NCBI GenBank assembly: GCA_020536535.1
Contig: JAHLWZ010000702.1
Coordinates: 62,001 to 126,000, forward strand
DNA from: Pelomyxa schiedti
Taxonomy: Eukaryota > Protista > Evosea
Direction: 5' to 3'
Length of the DNA stretch: 64,000 nucleotides
Made by a program: the position numbers and the translations under genes. The notes beneath the pieces are model-generated. The model worked only from the letters and a program-made list of their open reading frames with translations, did no database searches and was not told the origin of the DNA. Positions 34,152-46,307 of the stretch are shown here, in pieces. Each line of letters starts with the position of its first letter. The stretch's first letter is position 1.

Positions 34152-35315
34152 TCAAGTTCGTGCTTGAGCGCCTGAGAAGAGGCGAAGAACAAAGGAGAAT
34201 AGTCCCAGAAAGTCCACATATAACGCGATCGAGGTTTCCAACGCATCACTGCCGTTGCTATTGTGTCCTCCAATCTGCTCGTAGTTGGCAGTAGTTGCCT
34301 GCTTCATCACCCTCGACGTGTCAGCCAACACAGCGAAGCTGAAAGCCACACAACCAACAAGCGAGTATACGAGTCCCATGGCTCTGACGTGAAAAACCAG
34401 TGACATAATTCCCCAGACCAGAAGCACCACCATTGCCATCATGGCCCATTTGGATAGGAATCCAAAGTCACGCTTGGTCAATAGAACGATAGCACTGAGG
34501 GCCAGGAACCCAGCCACGGTGCTGCACAATCCCATAGTAACGATTTTGCCCAGCCCCATATAAGTGTACACTGCACACGGCACGGAGACAGCCGTGGACA
34601 GAGATGCTAGGAATACAATCATTGCAAATCCACGTGCGAGGTGCTTTTTCCTGTTGGGCATTAACTGCAGTTAATACTATGGAATTCCATTATATTGAAT
34701 AGGTTCAAGAGGGCATTGCCCGAAGCTATACCTTAGGAGCTGAAGAGCGATCAACGAAATGAAAGTAATTACTAGGAGCAGAATCATTGCGAGTGGATTT
34801 GCACACATGTGTAATAACCACGCACGTGCTTGATTGTGCAAACAAAACAAAGCAACAATGAGGCCAGAGAATGCCAACTCCAGGGTAAGCCAGCTGTAAA
34901 CTCTACTCTTTTCCGAGTCAGAATAACATTATAAACTCAAGCTTCACCACACCTGGAAAGAATATTCAGAAGCACCTGGGGGAGCTGATTGCTCCAAACT
35001 GGCTGTTTCAATGTCACCGATTCCACCTTGGGTCCCCCCGGTACCTCTCCCAATCCCCCCACCATTCCAGTTCAAAGGCACGGCATACAGCTGAGGATAA
35101 GGGCAGTACAACAAATTCGGCACCGGACCCCCCACTCCCTGCAGACCACTATAATTGTATGTCCTGCTGTAATCCTGATGTGGCGGGGGCACCTCTGCTG
35201 GAGGAGGAGGCTGTGGATGCGGAGGTGGAGGGGGTGGAGAAGGAGGTGGATACACAAGGGGCGGTGCACTGGGCTGCGGTGTATCTTGCCTGAAGTCGAA
35301 AGAACTCTCCTGCAT
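34152..35315 (-). CDS. Bax inhibitor-1/TMBIM (YccA/LFG-like) membrane protein with Pro-rich N-terminus
   Basis: FQ-SRVYSWL after splicing, TKRDFGFL, AVLADTSRV, SIALYVDFLGLF; about seven hydrophobic segments. Confidence 0.8.
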
Positions 35316-35441
35316 CGTCTGCGGTTATTTAGTAAAATTGTCGGGTGTGGCTTTGCACTGTTTCCACTACCACTGATTGCTAAACAAGTCATCAAAAAAT
35401 TGAAATCCGAATTCTTTTCTTTCCTTTTTTTGGATGCAAAT

Positions 35442-37180
35442 TTACATGAGAAGGCATCCATCTGTGGTTTCATCATCCTCTTTGACAAAGTTGAGGGGAA
35501 CCTCAGTTGTGGCCACAGAGTCGCCTTCAGCACCAAAGCACATTGTGTGCTTGGCAATGAGTTTCATGCCATTGTGGGGTGCCTTGAGGAATATTTGCCC
35601 TGTGACTTCAAGTTTCCTCAGAGGTGGAGTGACTGACTGTGTGATTGTGAAAGGGGGTTTGGTGGCTGTGAGGTGCTCATACTGGCACCATGCCGGCATC
35701 TTCCACTTTACTACGCGGATGGCGCCCAGGAATTCTGGGGCCACGGAAAGTGACCACTTGTGAGCTGTGCCTTCAATGATGTGGTGAGATTGAATGAGGA
35801 CCAAGGGCCGGGAGAGTGCCGGCGGTAATGGTGTGAGGGCGGGAGCTGGGCTTTCTTTTTTCCAAACTTGAGGGTGCACGTTCACTACTGGTATCTGTGG
35901 AACAGCACCGCGCAGAGCTGCATCCACCCACCAGGTCCCAAGCGGAACTGGGTTCAACTTCTGGAAGCCAATGAGGTAGTGACCCTCTGGATCCTTTCCA
36001 AGAATGCTACCAGTTTTCCCAAATTCAACAGAACCAGAGGGAGCGACTTTCACTTCGATATCTTCCCGGAGATCAAGCCTCATTCTCACGGAGTCGTCAT
36101 ATGCTCCGTTCTCGTTGTATGGAATGTCATATATATCTCCTGGAGGAAGTGGAGCGGGGTGGCCTGGGGGTAGTGGAACTCCAGGGGATGTAAGACCCAA
36201 CTCCACAGCTAAAAGTTTAAAGACATCATCCAGGCGTGCCCATATTCGCACTGAGGCCAATGCGTCAAGCGCCGTTTGTTGTAAGTTAATAATGACAGTC
36301 CCTTGGCCGAGTCCCTTTTGCTGGTTCGTGGCAGCAGTTCTCGGAATTTGATCAGCATTCTTTTATCCATCAGTATACAAAGGGAAATACCAGCACACCA
36401 TTCCAGAAAGGGAAGTACCGAGGCAAAGGCACATATCCATTTGAGATTCTGTTTTCAGCATCCACTGATAGAAATCAGTGCGAAGTGAACCGTCAAATGA
36501 AACAACGGGGTAAGATGGGTCAAACCAAGCGCCGTGGATCTGTTTGTAGATGACTTAAGGAAACTAAGGTATGCCCTCACTTCATTGACTTTTTCTTGTG
36601 GAAATCCCGCTTTTTCAGGTAAGCCATCATGGTTTTGGTTAATACATTCCCATAATAAGCCAGCTTTCTGCATAGCTGCCAAAACATGGTGCGCATATCT
36701 TCAATATCCATTTGTAAGGAAGCACGCCAAATATTAGCTCCTGCATACGTTGGTTGTGCCCTATAGACATTTACCAATGTCCTAGAGTTTGCAACTGAAT
36801 TCTCACTCTTGGTTGCATAGTCCGGTATTCTACATCCCAAAAATTCAGAAATGCAGCTTGGCTCCACACCACAACCCACAAACTGTCAACCAAACCAATA
36901 CCAACACTCACCCGCTAGCTTTGCTTAGCCCCGCGCCACAATAAGCCACGCAGTGCGCGCTTTTCCTCAGCAGCGAAGCAACCAGCCTCACCTTGGCAGC
37001 CAAAACAGGCTCCGGGTCCACAAACTCGTTTGCGCATATCGTCCCGCCTTGGTCTTCCCTCGCGGCCCTGTCACTCCTCAGCGCCAGTGCCGGCATGTCC
37101 CACCCTGGGTCGCCCAGAACCCCGTGGGCCGCCCTCCAGTCCTCAAAGAATCCTCCTCGTGTTGTGGTTGTAGCGGCCAT
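35442..37180 (-). CDS. Sir2-family NAD+-dependent deacylase with a C-terminal YEATS-like domain
   Basis: AYCGAGLSKASG-IPDY, PTYAHHVL, NQNHDGL, IHGAWFDP, LCLGTSL and IINLQQTALD. C-terminal HKWSLSV...IRVVKW...TKPPFTI segment. Confidence 0.85.
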
Positions 37181-37268
37181 GCCACAGCACAATAGGTTTT
37201 TCTATTTATTTAAACAAAAGAAAAAGGAACCACCGGTGTCCACAAGGACTGACTGGGTCCTTGTCCAG

Positions 37269-39380
37269 TCACCGGCCACTGGATACTACAATTTTGGAGA
37301 TGGAATTCTGGGGGCATTCTCCAATATCGGGAATTCCATTGTAGGGTGTATCCTGTGTTGTGTTACCCCAGGGTGACTGGAAGGCCGGCCGTAGGGTAGC
37401 AAAGTCTTGGGCAAGCATAAGGAGTACAATGGCTGCGCAGCCTATGACTATGTATGCAAGTGGGGTATTGACCAGCATCAAACTTGACATCAGAATATAA
37501 AGCCCTTGTTGGCCAAACCTATCCACAGTTAACCTTTTTATTGGAATGAAATTGGAGAAGTAGACCAGCACAAGGAGAGCACAAATCCTTGTTTGGAAAT
37601 TAACCGATGGTTAACTGGAAAAAACATACCAAGGTACTGCTCAGAGGCGGCAGTATTAAGAAGATAGAAGGAGAAAGACACCATGTAGTAAGACGGAACC
37701 TGTGCTATCGTAATTGAAATCATGCTCAGAATCTAGATCACTTGTTAAGTGATTAGAGTTATTTTAAGGGATGTAAACCGAATTTTTGGATGCAAGTAAG
37801 ACGAGAACAAAACCAAGTGATATTGCACATAAAAGCGGGAATATACGTCCGAAATATCTCAGAGGTGGGCAGTCCACAAGGAAGATTCGATAACTGTCAA
37901 GTGTTACCAATACCCGGGAATTCGTAAAATACAGGACAGCTGTGACAATGAACACAGCATTTAATGCCGCTCCTTGTACAAGCAAGCGAGGAAGTAGACC
38001 GTTGCATTGGTTACTTTCAGTCGGTTGGTTTGAACTATCAATAAATGCACTGTTCTTAAATTCAGGTTGGTATACAAAAAATCCATGTCAAAAAATTCAG
38101 GTTGGTATTCAAAAAATCCATTTTTGGAACAAAAAATAGAAGATAACTTACTCCAAACACTGTTACAGGATAGGTAAGCAAAAGGAACAGTAACCAAGCA
38201 AGCAATGTGTGCACTAAAGTATTCCTAACAGCAGGGGATCCCCACAGGTAGGCACCCCTTTGTTGTAATCCAGAATTGAGGCTTTTAACTGTTGATACAA
38301 CACTGCTCCAAGATGGTGATTTCCAAAGTTCACCTGGTGATTGTTTAACGTGTGCTAGATGCCTGTGATAAATCTTGGTTCCGTGCTTTAACAGAGGAAT
38401 CATACTTGTCACGAAAATAAAACGCGAGTAGAGCCGTGCCGGCGTTACAAAAGAAACCCCACACACAGACGGCAGTAAGGTTAATTTCAAAGTCCAGGCC
38501 CAAAACTTTGAATCAATAAGAATTTCACAGTGAGAAACATTTGCTGTAAAACCTGCTAATACGCCTAGTGATAGAGTATTGCAGACCATACTAGTTATGT
38601 CGCCTGTGTTCCCACAAGAACTTGACACTGCATTGTATGCATCCTTTAGAGCATTACTATAGTTTCAAAGAATCAATTTATGTACGCTGCTTGCAGATCC
38701 ATCATCCGAACATATTCTGATTTTAAGCAATTTCCAATAGCTAGACATTATTTGTGCCATGCATATTTGCCTTATTTGGTAGCAAATCTGGGAGGTTTCG
38801 GATGAGATGAGGAAATTGGAGAAACCTTTCCTTACCACAAGACCAACATACTGCCCGTAGAGACCACAAGCAACTTGACAAGAAAGCAAGGTTACATTAA
38901 GAACTGTAACAGATTGAAGCACTCTGTGCTGGAAGCGTGCCGTGCTGTCGGAAATCCAACCAATTATAAATGATACCAGAGGTAAAAGAAGGTTGGCAAT
39001 CAAAAGCATGGATGAGTACAATCCTATGATATCACACCCGCCCGTGCATCTAACCAATAGGTAGTAGAGGCTCTACCATAAATGTCAGGAAGAAGAAAAA
39101 ATAACAGTAACACAACGAAAACAATGGAATTACCACCAAATAAAGCAGCCACTACCACCAACTCACACACATATTTCTCAAAGTCCTGCTCTGTCAATGC
39201 GAAACCCCACAGCACCCCGAACAACAATTTTTCGCCACCAGACAATACGCTCGCAGAATGTTTGTGCACAACAGCGTCAGTGTTTACAGTGGTCAGTGCA
39301 GCATCAGGCGGGGTCGTAATACTAGTGTTTACAGTGGTCTCTTTGGTCCCGTCCGGATCTGCGAGCCGGCAGTCATCCAT
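37269..39380 (-). CDS. multi-pass membrane protein, probably MFS-like transporter (multi-exon)
   Basis: About 10-12 hydrophobic segments across ORFs 39024.., 38665.., 38062.., 37764.. and 37269..; IIGWISD resembles the MFS motif A region. Confidence 0.55.
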
Positions 39381-39606
39381 ACCACTCACCGTAGGAGTCA
39401 CTACAACAGCACCACCGCGAGCAATACCGTGATTAGCCGACGGTGATTAGTGCAATTCACCGAATGTGCGGCGATAACGAAAAACACAACCGGAACGCTG
39501 TATTTGATTCAGCAAGAAGTTGATTTCTTGGTCGGTGCCCCAGAACCCTCCTGGTATGTCACACTTGTGTGTGGATGTGTTATCACCAGTTCCATTTCAG
39601 CTGAGC

Positions 39607-42600
39607 CTATGAATCCTCAGACTCATCATCAGACAAGAAAAAGTTCCTTTCCAAACAAAAAAATGGGTCTTGCATTACAAAGCGGCCGAGTGGGGGGCAG
39701 TCCTTGAAAGGTTCTAGATAGACAGGAAGAGTGGGTTGAATTTGAACCAGGCAGCAGTCTCCGGTCTTGATGGCCTTGGGGTTATCCTCGACAACTGTGC
39801 ACTGGTTAGTTGCTTTGTGAAGAAGGAGTAGAAAAATGGGGAATTAAGTACCGGTGCCGGAACGGCGGTCAATTTTTTGAATGAGCCTTACAAACCTTCC
39901 TGCAAAGGAAGCTGTGTGCGCAAAGAAGAACGGGGTGTAGCCTACATGAAGTTGTCCAGGGTGACTGAGAACTATAACCTGAGCTACGAATGAGCCGACA
40001 GAAGGGCCTTGAGGAACTCTGTGAGAATTATGTGTAAAAAGGGTCGGGTTACCAGGATTGATGCACAGAACCATCCCTCTTGATACGTCATTACACGAAA
40101 CGTTTCTCAAGTTCAGACCCAGGTTGTCACCAGCCTGGCATGACTTGAGCTGGCCATGATGAATTTCCATTGAGCCCACAGTAGTTGTAATGCGGCTTGG
40201 CATGAGAGTTACCACATCACCCACTTTTACAGAACCAGATGCCTGACATGGAGAATTGATTGAAAAGGGTTAATGATGAGAGAGATAGAAATAAGCTAGA
40301 TACCACTCTCCCAATTGCCACTGTACCAACTCCTCCAATCTTATTGCACTCCTGGATTGGAATTCTCAGAGAAGAGTCATACATTCTTAGGGGTATGTCG
40401 CATGCATCTATGGCATCCATCAGGGTGTACCCAGTGACTTGTTCCCCGCTAGAAGCAACCCTTGTCCACCCGGCATACCTTTTGCATTCTGTAAGTGACT
40501 TTTATTTAACCTTAAAATTTTTCAAACCAGGGAATTGAAATTTGTTTTTCCGTGAGACCAACACCTTGCCATCCAGAAATTGGAATCACTGCAACTTTGT
40601 TGCCTTGGACACCCATACTTATGTGTGTTAAAGGACAAAGAGTAACTTTGGTGCTTACCTTGTTAAAAGTTTCACCAAATTTTCTTGAACTTCTGTAAAT
40701 CTACTAAACTGGTAGTTGACAGTGTCCATTTTATTCACAACAATGATCTTTCATTAAATTAAAACAAAGAAAATTGGATAGGAGACAGACAAATTGCTTG
40801 ATCCCTTGTGTAATAGCAATCTGTGCTTCCTCTCGGGTCATCCCACCTCGCATAATTCCACTCTCAAACTCGCCTGGAGCAGCGGATACAAGTAATACAG
40901 CAACGTCTGCAAGACTTGAACCAACAGCCATATTTTTGACGAATTGTCTTGTGCCGGGTGCATCAAGGATATCAACCTGGTTTTCCAGATATTATTACTC
41001 GACAGGATAGAAGGGAAAAAACCTCGTATTTAGGTGTAGAAATTCCCCAAATTGCTGTTTCTATGGTGCATGACTGTTCACGCTCTAACGTGTAAGTTAA
41101 ATTACCTTCCCATAGAACATGTTAAACCTGCTCTCAGTTTATCTAAGATCCATGCAAACTTCGATGCAGTCTGTGTAGGGTTACATTACAGAACAATACT
41201 GAGTGCAAGACCTTGCCAATACTTGAGGCAGCGTATTCAATTCTGTCCAATGTTCGCTGGTCAACGTGCCCACATTTGACTACAAGATGGCCAATGGTAG
41301 TACTTTTCCCAGAATCTTTGTCACCAATAAATATAAGGCACAATCGAGGCTTTCCAGTAAATGATCGTGCTTGCTGAGTCATTACCACATGATTCGCTGC
41401 GCTCAAGCGCACTACTTCAGGCTTGGCTGAAACAAAGCGTGCGTAATTGGCATTTCTCCACTCTTTTGCCGCATTGTATTCAGAGAGTTGAGTTTGAGAA
41501 AGGGAATCAACTAGTTTGCTGTCAGCAATTGCACGAACTACATCCCAATCCACTTCATGCAAGCCGTAACAGCTTGATGCAGATCCCCTCCAGGACCACT
41601 GTCCAATTATGGTGCTAAATGCATTCCACGCTTTGCACAAAACTTTTGGATCTTTTGAAGGGTCGACGCTTTCACAGCCAAGGAATTTACCCAACGAAGT
41701 ACTACGTCGGATAGAAATAGAAGAGTCAGAGTTGACCATCAGCGAGGCAAATACAGGTGTTAATGTCTCTTGTTCACATTCTAGCCAAGAAGTGATAACA
41801 TTCTCCCACTTTTGGCAGGAGTTTTGCAGGAGAGCAAGATTGCAGCTTAGGTGTTTCTCAAAAGTTGTTGGGGCTTTGAAGGCGCGATAGGCATCCATAA
41901 TTTCTTGGACAGGATAGGTTGCTGTTGAAAACCACACGTACATCATTCGCATTACATTCTGCCACTGCAAATGTGGTGGCAAAGCAGCTGAAAGCTTGTC
42001 AATAAATATCTTCCGCAAGCAACTAAATACAAGGCTGCAAACTTTAGGATTGGCCAAAAATGCAGTAACTTCAGTCTCTGAAGCATCATTTAACAATGCA
42101 GAAATTTTCTTGGCAGTATTCAAAACTCCTACAGGTATCTGCGCTGTAATATCTGTTGGTGCAGTAGTGGAAGAAGCTGGAGCTCCTTGGTCACCTTGAG
42201 CAAGTTGCTCCACAAGTTCTTTCATGAACTCACGGGTTACGATCTGATTTTTGGCAAGTTGATCCGGCACACGACTGTCGGTTTGATTTGGTTTTTGTAG
42301 TGCCAGTACGAACAACTGCTTCATATATCTTCGCATAGTTTCGGAATTAATCACCTCAAACTTAGATGGCACTGGATGCTTTGTATCAATCAACGTATAT
42401 GCAAATGCTTTTTCGGGCCTATACTTGCCAGGGGAGTCAGCTGTTGGTATAGATTGATTTTTAATCCAGTTAACAAGCATTTCATCAAATTCTTCTTGCT
42501 TGGGCTGTGTGTGTGGGTTTTGAATCCAGACAGCAAGTGAAGATAGAAGTTCAGCTATTCGAGTAACGTCTAGGCCTGTGTGCCTCTCTGCTCTCATGTG

Positions 42601-45600
42601 AAGATTTAGGTAACCAATGTATAGATGCCCAGTGGCTGTAAGAGGTGCCATGGGTGTGCCAGTAATGAATTCACTGCGCCACATAAATACATGGGTGCAA
42701 AATAACAATAATACCTCATAAGACCAGTCATTAAATTTGAGAGCACCATATTTGTCAGTGGCTCTGGGGCTAATGGTAACGCAAAGTTAGCCTTGTGGAA
42801 ACACCCAGGAACAGTGACAGCACTCGCATCTTCCTTCTTTGCTAACCTCCAATACAGCCTAAAGTAATCGAAACTTGTCATGTCAGCCCCTCCAGAAACG
42901 ACATATAGTAGTTCCTTGGCATTGAAAAGTAGGCCAATGGACTGCGAGGGTGCAATAGTATACAAACAAGCAGGAAGTGTATTTCGCTCGCGAATAAGTT
43001 CAACAAAAGTGGCAAAACTGAGGGGGTCAATAAAACGTTTGCAGGCATCCTCTAGATCTACTGTTTTTGGCTACAGGGAAAGTTAGGTATTGGCGGTTGG
43101 GTTTTGAAAGTCTCACATTGCAATGATATTTGCAGAGAATTTTGGGATAACACTCATTGATTGACATATCGGCTTCCAATCTTTCTGAGGTAGGAGGATT
43201 TGCAAGCTCTACAACAACATGAACCCTTACTTGACCCTCGCGGTTATGAGAAACAGTCTCCGTAAAAGAGATTTGTGTTTGAGGATTGCCTAAAAGAGCC
43301 ACTGCTTGTGGCTTGGAGGAGGCCAATTTCGTAATCACTGGGGGAGTAAGAACTTTTCTTTTGTGAACATAAAAAAAAACCTTGCTTTCGTGCTAGAGAA
43401 TGCTCATCCCCTTCAACAACAAAGAGAGAGAGGCGTGTCTCATCACCATTGGGTGTCTCTGCAAGAATGCACACCCTGTTTAACATTTTTCTGGCTCTGG
43501 GGCCTTGCATTGCAACTAGTCTTTGAACTAAAACCAGTGTGACATCTCCATCAAAAAAATAAAAATAAAAATAAAAATAAAAATAAAAATAAAAATAAAA
43601 AAGCTGAGACACACCTTGACGGTCCAGGTTTGTTTGGGATACAAAGCCATGTCCAAGTCTCACTCTCATGGATTCCAAGCCAGCAGATAGAGCTTCTTTA
43701 TCACTTTGTCTAAGAAATAGTTTCTCCGCACGTGAGTTTTAGTGGTTTTTTTTACCTAAATAAACCAGTATTTTGTGCCGCAGTGGCATTAAACTTGTCA
43801 GTGTCTCTAATTTGATACTGCTCAAGTAGGCGCGTAAGACTGTCCATCTGAGATTCCACACTATCAAGTACTTTTTCCAAATACGCCTGTAAAAGGGTTG
43901 AGTAACTTAATTGGAAGACAAAAATATGTTACCTGCAGTATAGTACCTGACCTCACTGCCTTGCTTAAAAGTGCAATACTTTCCACTTGCGTCTTTAGTT
44001 AAATGAGAAATTAAGAAAAAAGATAAGAACTCACAGCGCGAAGTGTTTTTACTTCTGCAGCTTTTTCAGTAAGCAAAGCAGGGGTTATTGTTGCCTTTCC
44101 AAGTTCAGTGATGATTCGTGAAAGTCTTTCCTCCACTCCTATCACTGCTGAAATGGCGCCTTCAACACTCTTGCCAAGTGTGCTCACTTGATAATTTTGC
44201 ATTTCGTAAAGCTTGGACTGCTTTCTTATTGTTATCATTCCTTTTGCAGCCCAGTCGCACAGTGGGTCAGAGAGAACGCCTCTGCAACATAAAGCGCCAT
44301 CACTAAATCCTGCAGGGAAGCTACACTCTACAGCGCCTGAGCCCTTCCCTCCTATTATGGACATGGAGCTTTGTGTGCTACTAGCCTGAGCTCTAAGCTC
44401 ATTTGCGATGTTGGCAACATCTCTAACAGGATGAAAATGGCCTCCAAGAGCTGCCCTTAACCCTTGCAAAAAACTCGCTTGTGCATCCTTCATGTGACAT
44501 ACATGGAAGTCAATGATACACTTTGTATCTCCCATATCAGTTCGAGCTTTTTGTATTGTTTCTATCATCTGCTGTTGGTAACTTGCCAATAGTGAGACCA
44601 ATTAGGTACATGTAATCAAATACCCTGTGAGGCCTTTCGAATCTTTGGCAGTGAAAAATTTGTACCGTGGATGACTTGTATTGGAAGGGATCTGATCTGG
44701 CGCCCCAGATTGCAGATATACAGTTTCTTCACCATCAGTGAGAAACCAGATTACTATACTTGAGGCCTATATTCCAATATGAATAATGGAGAAATTGGCG
44801 GGTCTCACATTTGAGAAAGCTCGGAGTTGAGTTCCTATATCCAGCAGGGCCGCCTCAATATTGGTTCCGCCCTTTGCCTTAAATATATTATCACTCACGA
44901 GATTTTTGATTTCTTCAGTCATTCGCTCCTCTGAAAACAACTCCCCAGATTCCGTGTCCGTGAATTGTGCTAAGAGCACTGTTAAAACCAAGAAAAGAGG
45001 TGTGCCATCATAGAACCTGCCGTAAATTTGATTGCAGTAGAGAGTTTGTAGTTCCAGGGCACAACTGTAACAGACGAACCCCGCCTTACAGCCCCAATGA
45101 CAAGAGGTGGAATTAAATCGCGAGCTACGAAAGAAAGTAATTGAGATGACATCATCTAAAAAAAAAGAGGCAATACCCTTCTTTATACTACTATCAACGT
45201 GGTCTGTAGAGTTTGGAGCACAGTAAAGTCCTTCGCTGTCGTGATTCATGGAAGCACTAATATCCAGGTAGAAAAACACTTGCTCCTCAGTGGTGTTGGC
45301 ACTTGTTTCAGAGCCCTGGGGAATTAGATATGGATAAAAAGGATAAATGCCACACCTCCTCTTCCTCAATATAGCAAAAAACATTGTTTTTCCTCTCCAT
45401 CTGAACTACAAGCATTTGTGCATTTTCACCCCAAAGGTGCAACATCCGTGATCTATTGGAGTCCTTTGAGAATATTAAATTGTTATCACTGGCATTTTAG
45501 GTAAGCAAACCAGTGCAGCCGAACTTGCAGAAGGGATGGTACTTGCTGAGCACAATGATGTAGCGGTGGGCTGCGTGGCACTTCCTTGTACAAAAGGCAG

Positions 45601-46040
45601 AGTGCGAACATATCTTGCAAGTTGTATGAACACATTTTTCTGCTCCGCCGAAAGCAATTCATCAAATACTCTATAAACTGTATCTTTGTGAAGCCATTCT
45701 ACAAGGAGGGAAGCAGTCAATGAAATAGTTTGAAAAAAGGGGGGAGCAACATACCAAGAACATCGCCTACAGAAGACACCCCAAGCTTGCTTATTACAAT
45801 GGCTAAATCGTCCTTGTGCTGAGGCGTGATCAATCCCATTTGCTTTTCCATATCAGCCCTGAGTACAGACAGCAACGTCGTAGCATTTGCCGTCGCCGAT
45901 ATACTCCCATAATTTGCCGAGGCAGTCGTGGCGGGTGCCGCAGTTTCCTGCTGTGCCACAGCCACGTAGTGCTGGAATTCGCTCTCGGTGATTAATCCCG
46001 CGTCGTGCAGCGCTGACAGAGCCTCTCGTGCACTTGACAT
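39607..46040 (-). CDS. large fusion protein: SHOCT-like + vWA + unknown region + eEF1A-like translational GTPase (domains I-III)
   Basis: N-terminal LSALHDAGLITESEF; vWA FYLDISASM / GGTNIEAAL / WFLTDGEE. C-terminal IGDKDSGKSTTIGHL, KFAWILDKLRAEREQSCTI, DAPGTRQFVKNM, VNKMD, PISGWQG, LRIPIQECNKIGGVGTV, VAQVIVLSHPG and PPLGRFVMQD. In-frame continuity was traced through GT-AG introns; the exact 3' end is uncertain. Confidence 0.75.
43555..43596 (+). repeat. (AAAAAT)7 intronic microsatellite
   Basis: Directly visible. It lies in a putative 69-nt intron (43546-43614) and appears as FYFYFY in the ORF track. Confidence 0.9.
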
Positions 46041-46307
46041 CGAGAGTGCTGTTGTGCATATGGTTTTGTTTAGCTGTCATACACCAATCTCACCCGGGTG
46101 GTTGTGTGGTGCGTGGGGAGTGCGTTGAGTTACGGACCTCGTTGAATGAGCTTGGCTTTGGTTGCATTAAAAGTGTCCCCTAGAAAGTCGCGCAAAGAAA
46201 CTAGGGCGTGACCTTGGCGATGAAACGTATCCATGGTTCAAAAATTGACAAACAACAAACGAGAAGAAAAGAATAAAGTCGTGTATTTTATTCCGGGACA
46301 GGATATT

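Noticed and set aside
43244-43678. FYFYFYFY peptide in the ORF track
   Set aside because: It is the translation of an (AAAAAT)n microsatellite inside a GT-AG intron.
46041-46307. possible snRNA in the intergenic region (AATTTTTGA Sm-like site and a CCCTAG...CTAGGG hairpin on the minus strand)
   Set aside because: No recognisable U1/U2/U4/U5/U6/U11/U12 signature, and such short motifs are expected by chance. An Infernal/Rfam scan would be needed.
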